Assembly: GCA_964199315.1 (NCBI GenBank)
Contig: OZ116704.1
Span: forward strand, 30,380,001-30,444,000
Direction: 5' to 3'
Length of the DNA: 64,000 nt
From: Orbicella franksi
Taxonomy: Eukaryota
The notes under the pieces are model-generated. The model was not told where the DNA came from and made no database searches. It saw nothing but the letters and a program-made list of their open reading frames with translations. Of the stretch, positions 51,401 to 64,000 are shown in pieces. The position numbers and the translations under genes are program-made. Numbering within the stretch: position 1 is the stretch's first letter; each line of letters starts with the position of its first letter.

Positions 51401-54400
51401 TACTTATCTTCATCTTTTATTAGGTCTTAAGTTGAATCTATTTATAGAGCAGTCGCAGTACATCCCAGAACTAAGTGATACAGCTGGGGCAAGAATTGTG
51501 GTTCATGATCAAGGGCAAATGCCATTTCCTAACAATGAAGGTTACAGTGTACTGCCAAGCCGATCCACTTCATTTGGGATAAGAAGGGTAAACCATAGAG
51601 CTGCTATATTTGGATAAAAGGCCTATTACTTACTGTAGTAGAAGTGTTTGGTTTAATCTGAAAAATTAATGGGACAGGCCGATAGAGGACTGATGATAAT
51701 GTTAGAACTTGTGATGTTGTAATTTTGGTCTGATTGTTCTTATATAAAAGGTACCATATTTTAAGTGTGTCAAATGCATCATGTTCTGAAACGGGGCAAG
51801 AAGTTAAATTTGAGTGTTTCAAGACTCATGGATTTTTGCCTTTTTTACGTCGAAGAAGAGAAGTTGTTGTACCTGACCACTTACAGCAGCAACTCAAAAA
51901 ATGTTTATATATTTTTTTGGCCCTCAAACTAACTGGGTATTATTTTTTGAGATTACTGAATTCCTTTTATTCTTCCCTATAGAGCATTATCGACAGGGTA
52001 GATCCCTTTGGTAACGGGAGCTGTGTGTCAGAGAAGGACTTAAACAGTGACAACATGTATGTCAAGAAATACGGCGCTTCTTATTCCAGACAGGTAATAC
52101 ATATTCCATGTATGATTCTGTACCACTGCCTCTAAATTTTCGAGTAATAACATGTAAGTATCGTTTCGGAGCGTATCTGGCAATTATTTTCATCTAAATT
52201 CTATTACTATAGAAATGTCAAGCCTATACACATCATAGATATTGTTTTTAAGAAGCTGACATGACCGGTAAATATTCTTGCAATAACTTTTCCCCATGAG
52301 TTTTTCTTCGTTTGTAATTTTGTTTATTTCTTTATCTGTTGGTTGTCGTTGTTGATACTACTTGTTTTGCAATATCACATTTAAACTCATCACCCATTTA
52401 CAATTAGTTGATGGGCTAATGTGGTAAAAAATATCTTCGGTAGAGACATATCTTAAACTTCTTCGCTTATTTAAATAGCCATTATTTTTATTTCTTTTAA
52501 AGACCTGCTTGAACTCGTGCCAGGCCGAAAAACAAATCTCAACCTGTGGATGTGCCGAAGGCCAGTTTCCATCTGATGCAGAAATATGTAACTTGCGAAA
52601 TTCGTCAACAGGTGAAAACGATAGAAAAGGGATAAACTGAAAACTGGACGGACCGACAAACAAACGAACATGCGACCTACTGGCTGACTGACTACTAAAG
52701 TGATCGAATAGCTTGTAATGACTGTTTTAAATACATCATACAACAGTGCCTATGCAACAGCGATTGCATATTTCAATACATTACGCAGTTCTTCAATCAA
52801 CAACGATTGTCGGAATTAACTGGGGAAAAAAATGAAGGAAAAAAAAGAAAAGGACAACAAAAACAACACCAACGACAGTCAATCAGTTACTCCCTGCGAA
52901 TTTTTCCGTAAGCTATGTATATATATTTTTATGTAACTTCATTCAACAGAATTTTGAACGCAGCTGATGGACAAACGCAAACGCAACCGAGACCAATTCT
53001 GCATTGGTCAGTGTATGTACATTTTATTTGTATTTCCCATTATTTTCGCAAGTTGCTGAGTCCACCATGTCATCCCTTTCCCAGCAAAATGTTTAGAGAA
53101 GATACAACTGAAACTAGTCACTGGAGAGCTGGACTGTGAGAAACTCTGTCCTACACCATGCAGGTAAATTGGTCTTATGCGTCATTGCGTCAAACTTCAC
53201 CACCAACCCCGGTTTGAACGAAATTTTTTCGAGCCTCTCTCACCGCGTTATTTTTACGTGGGTATTCTTTTCATCTTAGCTGCTTTGGAAATTTGTCCAT
53301 GACAAAATTTACAATTTGCATTTTCAAACTGAGGCTTGGTGGTGAAATTAGCCATTCTGTTGACAGCGTGCATCAGGGCTATTTCGCATGTGCATATGCT
53401 ATTTTTGAAGCGAACCCTACTATAATTATAACTGCCTTAATCCTTCTGTTTTGGTTCATGGTGGATTTTCCTAGTCTAGAAAAAAACGCTTATAACTCCT
53501 CGAAGAATCCATGATACTGATAAGATTGTTTTAAATAAAAATACATATCAACGGGGACAACACCACAACACCATGAGCATTAACTCCGCTGAATATTTTG
53601 TTCCCAAAGAAGTGCGAGATTTTTAATATAATATGTAACGGTTGCAAATTGATATTGTTTATGTGACATTAGTAACAAAGATATGCGTTGCTCGTTGTGT
53701 CCTGTAAACGATGTGTGTGCTTATAACAACTTAATGTTCTTTAAGAAGTAAATATCGCAAAGAAACATGTTTTGAATAGTAATAATCGATATATGTTATT
53801 ATGTGGTAAAATATAAGGCTTACTAATTGACAACCGTTTTTTTTTTCTAGAGAAGTCCAATTTGTTACCACACTGTCAATGGGAAATTGGCCTGCCTCTG
53901 GATATGAGGTATGAGAGTTTTTGTAAATCTGTTCAGGTTTGTCTGAGATATATTCTAGAGTGAAGTGATCGTGTTAATGATGTTTTATAATTTTTTTTTT
54001 CTCTTCCTCAGGCAATCCTTGAGAGCCGTGTGAAGGAAAAAACCGTCTATGCAAATGAATTGTATAGAGGATATTATCTGAGGTACATAAGCTAGTACTG
54101 AAGCACATTGAAATAATATCTATCAAATAAGACCTACAGTACCGTAGTATCTTCCCGTTGAGGCATTTAATGATATGACTATTAATTGGCACTTTGCTTT
54201 CTTCGTCTCGCAGCGAAAACTTGCTTCAGGTGAAAATATTTTACGAGCAGCTGAACTATGAGAGGGTATCTGAAAGAATAAGCTATGAGGTAAGGCATGC
54301 CAGTATATCTGTATTCCTTTGCCTTTCCTTTACGAGGCTATTATTTATACTTGTTCTTCTTAGTGGATTCCAACCACTTAGTTTTCATGGGCATTCCATT

Positions 54401-55164
54401 GCTACTTAACTACATTATCTTGAAACTTAACTATGTGATTGCAACTTACTCCTCTTAAGCCGAGCCCCATCAACTTTCAACTAGAGCAAACGCGGCACGG
54501 GGGAATTAGGTGGAGGTAAAAACCTAAAAGCCCTGTGGTTTATTGTCTTTTGCAAGTATTTTTAAATCTATTGCAAAAAAAACAAGTACTGAAAAAAGTA
54601 TTTTAATCATTGTCTGTTCAGTCCGACTTACACGATGATTGAGCGATGTGTTTCGTTGTTGTTGTTGTTGTTGTTGTTGATGATGATGATGATGATGATG
54701 TTTTTAGCTCTTTTTTTTTGTACGCAAGTGGTTTCAATTTTTTTTGTATGCTTTGAAATGAAACGAGCTTACTTATAATAGGCTTAAGTAAATCAAAGGT
54801 GAGAGTTATGCATAACCAAAGTTATATCACTCTCGTTGATAGAACGTTCGTTAACTTCTTGCAGACCAAACTGAATGAAAATGGTGGAGTAAGGTTAGGA
54901 GAGGAGAGAGAGAGGAAGGGAGGGGAGAGAGGGGAGTAGGGGGGTGTAGAGGTGTGGATAGATAGTTATGAATTAAATGTTACCAGCATTTACCTCTTGT
55001 TTTGTCAGGGCGTAAATCTTGTTGCTGATATCGGAGGCCAACTGGGACTTTGGATCGGCATCTCAGTGCTAACGTGCTGCGAGTTTGTGGAGTTAGTTGT
55101 CATGATAGTGCAAACTGCCCTTGATCGTATTTCAAGACGAAAGATAATTCATGTACAGCCCTAA
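48430..55164 (+). CDS. DEG/ENaC family subunit, paralog 2, 12 coding exons, 589 aa, with a Ser/Thr/Pro plus Asp-Tyr insertion
   Basis: Exons 48430-48696, 49367-49472, 49937-50378, 50726-50856, 51424-51587, 51983-52093, 52503-52611, 53085-53163, 53851-53908, 54012-54082, 54214-54289 and 55009-55164 join in frame (1770 nt). All introns are GT-AG with the same phases as paralog 1. Motifs: [22 protein letters not shown] and [23 protein letters not shown]. Confidence 0.93.
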
Positions 55165-55527
55165 GGTGCAGAAACAGAAAAAGAAGAAATTAAAACCAGT
55201 GTCAACTACGTGGCGTTACCGTACCCAAATTCGCAATTAGCCAATCAGAAACCCTGTCTGTCCTGATATCCTGCGATATTTGATATGACTACGATATCAT
55301 GCTCATTGGGCCGAGTTTGGGTATGATAATGCCTAATTGTACCTTTTGGTACGCTTCAGCGAAATATCAAGCTTGTTTTGTCCCACCATGGGTATTTTGG
55401 CTCGACTACTTCTCGCCAAAATACGAACCCTGGCTCGACCAAACTCGCCCGATATGTCGCCGAAGTGTACCAAAAAAGGTACGATCGGGTATAATTATAG
55501 GTGTTGTGTAGTTATTTAATAGGCAAT

Positions 55528-55805
55528 ATAGCGCTTTTCATCTGAGTGTCGGAAGTAATTTGCTTTTGCTTTGGCTTTGCATTTCAACGCTTAGCGATTG
55601 GCTTAAAAACACCTACGCCACTTAGTCATCCAATCAGAAGCAAAACCAAAACTAATCGTTACTCTCTTACCCACGTTTTTCCGCGCCTCGGGTCAGCTAC
55701 ATGTATTTCTATATGCTTCCAGTTTCGATTGGTTCACTGGATTGTCTGCGTCTTTTACGATTCGCCAAAGTAATTACTTCCGTTTTTGTTTTACGACATT
55801 CATTT
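55528..55805. mobile_element. Degraded MITE-like repeat downstream of channel 2
   Basis: It begins atagcgcttttcatctgagtgtcg and ends ...ttttacgacattcatttt (imperfect inverted ends), with internal ccaatcagaagcaaaaccaaaac. Resembles a common anthozoan repeat (from recall). Confidence 0.45.
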
Positions 55806-58576
55806 TAGGATTTTGTTCGTCTGTTTGTCTTTTCCTTTTCCTTTGTTAATCGCCCACGTTCTAATGTTTCATTATTGAACAGGCCAATAATAACCATCCA
55901 TATAAGCATATAGAAAACGATTGTTCCAAAAACGACTGTTCATATATATATTTATAAATTTCAGTTCTGAAATGTAGTTAATGTCTCCTTGTGTATCGTT
56001 ATAAATGAAAAGGTTAACATACATGTACTAGGTACCAGGGTTCTGCGAATCATTAAAGTATACAAGTAAAACAACAAAACCTTTCTGTAGTCTGTTTACT
56101 TTAAAATCGTATTCTGTCCGGAATTTATGGGATAGCGTGGCTAGAGGGAGTTATAGTAGTGATCACGATATGCAAATGAATGGTCAAATGGAGAAGAGGA
56201 GACCTATTTGACCTTAATTCCAGTCAAATTCACTGTACAAGTGCAGTGCAAATCGTATCCCTGTATGTGATCAAAATGATTGCATGCGATCTTGTTAGAC
56301 GTCTTTTGACCATTGTTGCTCATGGAAAGTCAACAGACGCGTAGCACAATCGCAGGTATATAATAAAGTGATTCGGATCAACATTCGATGGGATACTAAT
56401 CTCGTTAGAGAGTGATTCCCTCAACGTTTGATTCGTCATTACTCTTTTATACACCTGTATTTGGTTAATGATTAACTGATTTCGGCATATTTGTGAACAA
56501 ATTAAGTACAGTTATCGTGTTACCTTTACTTTTGGGCGAACATAGCTTTCTTTTTTTTTCCAGAATTTTGACAAAAGTATTCAATTTTTAGTTCCAAAGC
56601 GTCTTGTATCTGTTTCTTTATCCCTTGCACAAGTTTTGATGGGTCAACTGTTCCTCTGCGCCATTTAGCACGACCGTAGCAACCGCATTTTGACATCCAG
56701 ATACGCCTAATTTTCTGTGTCTTAATTCTTCTTATTTCCAGTTTTCTGAAGCAGCATCCTAGAATTAACACTTATTTTTATTCCATTGCCTTTTGGGATT
56801 AATTTATCATCAGTTTGAGTAATTGGTGGTATTATCACGTTCCGATAAAATGTTAGAATCCAAAATGATTGACCTTCCAAAATGGTGGAATTAACGACGT
56901 CTTATCAAATGACGTCATACCACCCCAAGACCAAAAGATAACATCACACTCAATCTCCTTCGCAGGTCTTCTCTATTCTTTGTAGAGCTGTATGATAGCT
57001 AACCATTAAACGCAAAATCACTTTGATAGCCCTATGAAAATTGCATTGGAATCAAACATGGACTGGTCTGGTCGAACCGGTTTTTTTAAATATTCGTTAT
57101 TGTTTTCCCCCAAAAGCACCTAGGCTTATCAAGGGGGGATCACAATATTGGAGCATTTACTTTTACTGTAATTTACAATTCCAGCCTTTAATGCTTTCAA
57201 AACTAAATTATTGACGAAACAACAGCATTCGACTATGTCTGTCTGCCAAAAATAAGATTCTCGGATGGCCGACTAAGTGACATAATTTCCCCGCCCTCGT
57301 GTGTTATCATAACTGACATAGAGCTCTTGTCTTACACTGCAAGTTAAAAAGCTATCTGCTACACGCCAAAAGATACTAGTGCGACTCCTTGTTCATTAAA
57401 TATTGTATTGTAGAGTTGCTTCCAAATGTTCAATGTAAGGTCTGCTCGTAGCATGTTTAACATTGCACTTTTTGTGAGCTCAATTATGCTTGAAATGGAT
57501 TCAAAACCTTCCATTTCCGTGTCATGTAGTCATAGGCATGCAGGCAGACCACAAAGAACATTATGTCGTCATCCTGGAAACAAGACATACAATGTAAACG
57601 GGAAAATGAAACAGGTAAACAAATTTGGCTTATCTCAAAGATAGGACTGCGGTCATAAATAAGTAAAATCTCATATTTCTTTAAGAACGACGCGATTGGC
57701 CCGTTATCGTAATTACGAAGAATCGCTGTGATAGCCGAAATCAATTCATTTTCAACGGGCTAGCGGTCTCATAAATGCTTGAAATTACTTTTCTCTCTTT
57801 TTCTGTAAAGGACTATTGACAGATCCCCCTTACTTACTGGTAAGTAAGTTTTATATTATATCGACTGAGCTTTCATTTTAAACTATCGTACCCTTTTGTC
57901 AAATGCATCCGTAAGATTTAGTTCTTTCGTGGGGCCAGTAATATAACAAGATTTCTTTATCACGCCAATCGTAACCCTCGCTTAAGGACGGATTGTCATT
58001 TTTTTCAACAAATATGTCAAGAGAGCATCATTTGAAGGCTTTTGCATGGTACAAGTAATAAAAACGTGTAAGATTGTACGTTCCCATTCCAAACAACTCA
58101 GTAAAGCATGGCATTACTAGGATACTTGTATTGAAACAGTCAGTATGCCTGCAGCTGATGTCATATTTATTTGTTAACATTTATTTATGTAAACGGAGAA
58201 ATGGAACTGATAATGACGATTTATTTAAACGTGGTATGTTTTAAGATCTAGATACTTATGTTCCTGGTGAAAACTGAAAGCCTAAGACTTTTTGTTCACA
58301 TGTACTTAGGCTGAGATGTATTACGCAACTTTCAGATTTAAAAGGTGTCGAAAACTTTAATGATCGCTCGATATTGCACTTGACAACAGACGACGAAAAT
58401 AGCTTTAAGGAATGCATTATTTTTTTAATTTTATATATATATAGTTTTAAGTCGAAAGAAAGCGAGAACATAAACGACTTTAGAAACCCGCACGTTTTTT
58501 TTTTTTTTTTTTTTTTTCCTCGGTTCTCTAGAACATCCGGTTTACAAGCTCTGAAACTTCGCAAAAAGCCTGCGGC

Positions 58577-61500
58577 ATGGCAGGTGACGTTTCTTATGAA
58601 GTCAAAAAAGACAACAAGGAGAGGCAAACACCTAAGGAACTGGTAAAAGATTTCTGCAGCTACACAACTACACATGGAGTTGGAAGACTGGCTGAGGCCA
58701 AAACGCTGTTCAGCCGATCGATATGGACAGTTTTTATCCTTGGAGCCTTCGCCATGTTCTTCTATCAGACGTACGGTTTGTTTACTTTATACCTAAGTCG
58801 TCCTGTATCCACGGTGGTGAAAGTCAGGCATAAAACGGTGGGTAAACACATTATGTAAAGTGGCTCATAACTTTTTTAACAGTTATTACCAGATTAATGA
58901 ATTGGCAAAGAACACATTGGAGGCAATTAGAAAGAGTTCACATGACGTCTGGGACACATATTAAACATTTATTCGTAATAAGTATACTGCATTGAAAGGT
59001 ATTGATGTTTAAAATTACCCGACCTTTACAACAATGTGACTGTCAAGTTTACTTTTCAGTCACATATTTCTATAAATCTAGCTGCGAGGCGTAAATTCAA
59101 AACAGGAGCATTAAAAGGCCCCGAAGTCAGCGACACTTTTGTTTTTGTTCACATGCGAAACTTTGGCTATTATATTTAATTCGGAACATGTCGAAACGAA
59201 GAAAACAGTCGCTGTGGAAGTCTAAAGATGATTAAACATACCTTCAGAAACACAACTTACAGTAAAGCAATAAGATCTCGCTTCACCATGTAATGTCAAT
59301 AATTTCGATGGCATTGAAAATGGGGAAGGGTGACTTGGGTCCTTTAACTTATAACTTGGCAACGAACTCGACTCGACAGTCCGAGAATAAACTCCAGAGC
59401 TGTTGAAAAATATATACTATATATACTGTCCATACTTTTCTTTATATAACTTTTTGTCTATTCGAAAATGTTGCCAATAAATGGCGACAAAACTCGTATA
59501 CGGAGTCTTGATGGGTTATTCCCCACAAACGACTTGCCCGCATCGCCAGGCCTACGGAAGGGTTATCGCGGAGTATTTTCAGCAAATAAAACATTTAAAC
59601 CAGTCTTCCTGAAATGTCCAGTTTTTGCCCTTTTTAAATTATTTCCGGATATGACTTATTTCCTCAAAGGAGGCGAGATTTTAAAGCTCGATCAGAGAAC
59701 AAAGACACTATACTGAGTAATACAAAATAATAGTCTCAAAGGTAAACCGAAAAGATAAAATATACTACCGTTTATTACTATACTACTTTTTTATACTGCG
59801 TTGTTCGTTCCAAGAGAATGATCTCAGCCATTAATTTTTTTTTCGTGATCAGATTTATAAACATAAACATTTCGTCGAATGCCCACCATAAATTGAATAT
59901 CGTGAATGAATGCAAAAGCCAATGAGCTAAGCGTTGTTTGAGCTCAAAAAAGGAAAACAGAAGAATACAAAGATAGAGCTTAGTAGGAGTCTAAGAAAAT
60001 CGGCCTTTATTGATTATCGGCCAACAACGGGCGACAAAAGCTGTCGTTTTGTTGAAATAAAACAGTAGCAGTAGTACAATGACATAGCCAGACTCACCAA
60101 AGGCATTTTTCAATGGGAGAATCGTTGCTGGCATCATTGTTTACACTTACGACTTTGCACAGAGAAGGCATCATGCTAGATGCGAATTGACTACAGAAAT
60201 CTGAAAAGCTCATGAAACTTATTAAAGGACCGGTGAAAGTTCTGGCTATTAGGGTGTAATATTCGAGAAAAAATTGGCTTTCAAATAAATGCAAAATTTC
60301 TTGGTGGCAAAAGCGATAAAGAGCTCATACACTCCTTGTAAAATTTTGAGTTTTTAAACCCGCGTCGCACAAAAATTATTCAAAACATCTGGCCAGCTTT
60401 AATTCCTTGGGACAGTTAATCGTGCTGTGCCCTTTCAATATTCACAACTAATGTTTTTGTAGCTCCATCAGAAACTATATCGCTTATGCTTATGATGCAA
60501 ATATTGTCAACAAAGATGCTCTTATTTACACGTAGGCTCTGTATGTTGTGTGAGTCCATAACGAGATACTTGACTAAGTGAGATTCCTATATTTATTCTC
60601 TACAAAAGTAGATTTTTTTTTTTTTTTTTTTTTACACCAACAGGAGGTAAAATTTCCGGCTGTTACCATTTGCAATCAGAATGCCATAAAAGACAATGAA
60701 ATACCGGACCATTACATAGACGATATATTCAAGGAAATTTATGAGGTTCTCGATCAGGAGATGAAAAGCGATGAGAAAGATGCAGGTAATGTACGACGTC
60801 ACGATTGTCTTGATGTTTTGGTCCGCTTGAAATTGTCGTTTCATGTTCAGTTCTATTCATATAGAACTTCAAATTGACCTTTTCATATATGTGTAGTTTC
60901 AGATCAATTTTGAACATTTCATTTGTAGGCGATGATGTCACACCTACTCCAGATTTTCAGAATGATATCGATGACACTGAAAACAATGGCACCGACGAAT
61001 TATTTGATCCAGAAGAGGAACTCAGAATTGATTACCTTTTTCAAGAATTTCTCCTGTCCTATTTAGCTTTGGAGAACCAAACAGCGTTGTATAAGATGGG
61101 ACACAAATATAAAGACTTTGTGTTTGACTGCAACTTCAGAGGGATTGATTGCAGGTGTGTCATAGAGTATGACTCTTACAGTCTCTTAACCCATTGACGC
61201 CTGTGCCGGCCATGACCGGCCGTGACGAGCGTTGGCCTTACAGACTAATAGTTCCTCCGTAGTAAAAAGGGTAGAGATTAGTGCACCCCTCCAAGTTGTG
61301 TTCAAATAGGAAAAAACAACATTTTTGTGTTAATAAATAGACAGTACCGGCTTTCTATACAAGATAGACTGCTTTTGACTTAAGTTGTTTCTCATCATGT
61401 CATTGAATCTGCTTCTTGGATTTTACAATATTTCTCAAGAAGTCAGAAAAAAAAAACTTAAATTGACACAAATTATTACAAAATGTTGAAAAAAGATGCT

Positions 61501-64000
61501 ACATGTGGCTAAATCAAGAATACTGTCAAAAAAAGATATTTGTATAGACGGGGGTGTGAAAATGTCGTTGCTCACCAATGTCAGATAACGTGGAGATCAC
61601 AAACAAACAAACCATCTTTCCATCGTAATGAAAATCCAAAGCATTGTTACTCAAAAATTGCTTTCTGCTATCACTGGCACACATTTAAGGCAGTTGAAGT
61701 AAACACCTTTTTTCCCACGATTCAGGAAAAATTACTCCAAATACTGGCATCACTTCTGGGATTACCGTTACGGGAGTTGTTTCACTTTTAACGGTGGGAT
61801 GGACGATGATAAGAAAAATCAAACAACCTTGGCTACTCACAGCACTGGACCCTATGGAGGTGAGAAAAAAACAAACAAACAAACAATCAAGGTGAACTCG
61901 TAATTAACAATAGATAGTAACTTAACACGTTTTAACGTTAAAAATGTCAACGTAACTTTAAGGGAAAAAAAGAAGATCATATAATAAGCTATTGCCGAGT
62001 TGCCTCTTTTTCATAACGAGTCCTGGTGCACAACTTTTTATATGGAAATGAGTTTGATTTGCAAGACAATGAACGTGCAAGAAAATCTCAAAAATTGAGA
62101 AATGAAAGGTTGTGCACTAAGACTCATTTTGAAACAGAGGTAACAGCAACCCGGCCGAAAAAGGCCTATTGTTGGGCATCCGTAAATAATACCGTGGGGT
62201 GAACGTAACTGCTTAAACCTATTTCAAGTGTACCAATCACCATTAATATATTGTGATTTTTTCCCTACATAATAAAAGGCAAATATTGTATCTAAGTGGT
62301 GACCGTATGTTTCGTTATTGTTGACACGTTTTGGTTCATATTTCGTTAGCGTTTTTGTAGTGTTATTCTTTTTATCAGCATTTTACTGCATTGGAAAGAT
62401 GCAGCGATGAAACACAATCCAAGAAAAGGAATCCAGGATGTTTGCTTTTATTATCTCATTTGATGTCAAATGGAGCAACTTACTTTCAGCATATAGCTTT
62501 GAAAAACTAAACCTAGTGGGTGTGCTCATCTCTTTGTTGTTTTTCACGTTTCTCGACATAAAATAACAACATTGTCAGTCACAACGCATAAGCCCAAAGC
62601 GCTAGAGACAAGTTGTCCACAAACCCGGTCTTCCCTCAATACACCTACCATCCCTATACATAAAGTGTTAAGTCCAAATAGGACGAGGTTCTTTAATCTT
62701 GTTTCTCCTTGTTTCGTATATTTGATTGATTTATTATTCTCTTCCCAAATCCCATAGGACTAACCTTGAACCTCTTTATCGAGACCGCTCAATATGTACC
62801 AGAGGTTAGTCAGGCTGCCGGGGCCAGGATTGTCATCCATAACCAAGGGGAGATGCCTTTTCCGGACGAAGATGGAATCAACCTCGTTCCGGGATTTTCT
62901 ACTTCTGTTGGAGTTAGAAGGGTATATATCTTAAAACTGTTACCAAAAAAAATGAAAAAATAAAAAATAAATAAATAAATGAACTCACATATTGAGTGAC
63001 CGTTCAATTGCGATCCCCAGTCTAGCCCATTTATGTACCGGTCTAGCCCAGTATGTACCAGTGCTCTTCGAAGGATTTATATTCGTGCAAGTCTAAATAC
63101 TTAAGTCTAAATACTACTATCAATACTATTTCAAAACTCTAATTACTTTCTAATACCGTTATAATTACAATATATTATACTAATAATTCAAACAAAATAA
63201 AATCAATTAAGTGAATAGAGTGAAACAAAAATGCCTGCTTTCCATGAATGCCGTGTGTTTATACTATTTGCCCGCGTTAAAAGAGACCGCTGCAGCCGGG
63301 TTTAAAACTGCTGAGAGTTTGATGAACTGAATGATGAGAACTGATGTTTTTGTAGCTCGAGCAGAAACTGGTTCGCTTATGCCAATGGGGAAAATCGCAT
63401 CGTAAACAAAGATTTCTCTTTCGAATCATATATACTAAGTCTGGTAAAGAACGGAGACTCAGATATTTTCTTTGTTCCACGCCCGTGTCATGTTGATCAG
63501 TTCACTTTTCACAATATTTTCCGCGATTTCCTCTTATACAGAAAGAAACGAAACAGTGCTAATTCAAAGGACTAATGTATGCAGTATATACTTCTGGTGT
63601 TGTTGCTGAAGATGGTGTTAATGGTGCTCTTTTGTTGTTTGTTTGTTTATTTGTTTGTTTGCTTGGCTTTCTGGCCGAGTGCTTTTGTTGTTTTTGTTGT
63701 CGTTTTCAATGCAATTTTAGTATAAATTAAACAATGTGTAATTTCAATATTTTTATCGAACAATAAGTTGTCATAGCATAGCGCCGTTTAGAGTTCGTCT
63801 GTACTATACCGATACAGATTCATTGTATGGGTGCTGTTATTTGATGGTTTCGAATACTTCTCGAACCCTAGAATTTCCATAATAATTGTATTAGGTCCGG
63901 ATTTTGTTGTGCTTTTTGTCTGCCTTAAGTTGTTTCTTTATTGTCATGTTATTCCTTTTGTTTTTAGGAAGTCATAGAGAGAGTGGATCCTTTCAATAAT
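58577..64000 (+). CDS. DEG/ENaC family subunit, paralog 3, partial (first 6 coding exons; continues beyond the window)
   Basis: Exons 58577-58837, 60644-60785, 60929-61154, 61726-61859, 62758-62921 and 63968-64000+ join in frame with the same phases as paralogs 1 and 2. Motifs: [43 protein letters not shown] and [10 protein letters not shown] 5'UTR acceptor follows the poly-T at 58530-58531. Confidence 0.9.
61983..62170. mobile_element. MITE in intron 4 of channel 3, same family as 29486-29646
   Basis: Ends are aataagctattgccgagttgcctc and gaaacagaggtaacagcaacccggccgaaaaaggcctatt. The interior gagtttgatttgca...aatgaa...ttttgaaacagagg resembles the 29486 copy. Confidence 0.55.

Overview
AT-rich eukaryotic (metazoan) genomic DNA with spliceosomal introns and one 140-N assembly gap. 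The repeat families and the receptor/channel types suggest a cnidarian, probably a stony coral (inference, not checked). Two tandem gene clusters sit side by side. The first is three closely related rhodopsin-class, neuropeptide-receptor-like GPCRs with intronless coding regions (2099-3103 -, 9614-10729 -, 27501-28562 +). The second is three DEG/ENaC-family channel genes on + with identical intron phases. Two are complete 12-exon genes (31752-38700, 538 aa; 48430-55164, 589 aa) and the third runs off the window (58577->64000). I assembled the exon models by hand from GT/GC-AG sites and reading-frame continuity. Non-genic content includes a 5'-truncated Penelope-like retroelement with an intact GIY-YIG domain and a minimal hammerhead ribozyme motif, an L2/CR1-type LINE 3' fragment, tRNA-derived SINEs, several MITEs, and two abutting ~200-bp tandem arrays between channel genes 1 and 2. 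The most striking item is an extracellular mucin-like plus (Asp-Tyr)-repeat insertion in channel 2.
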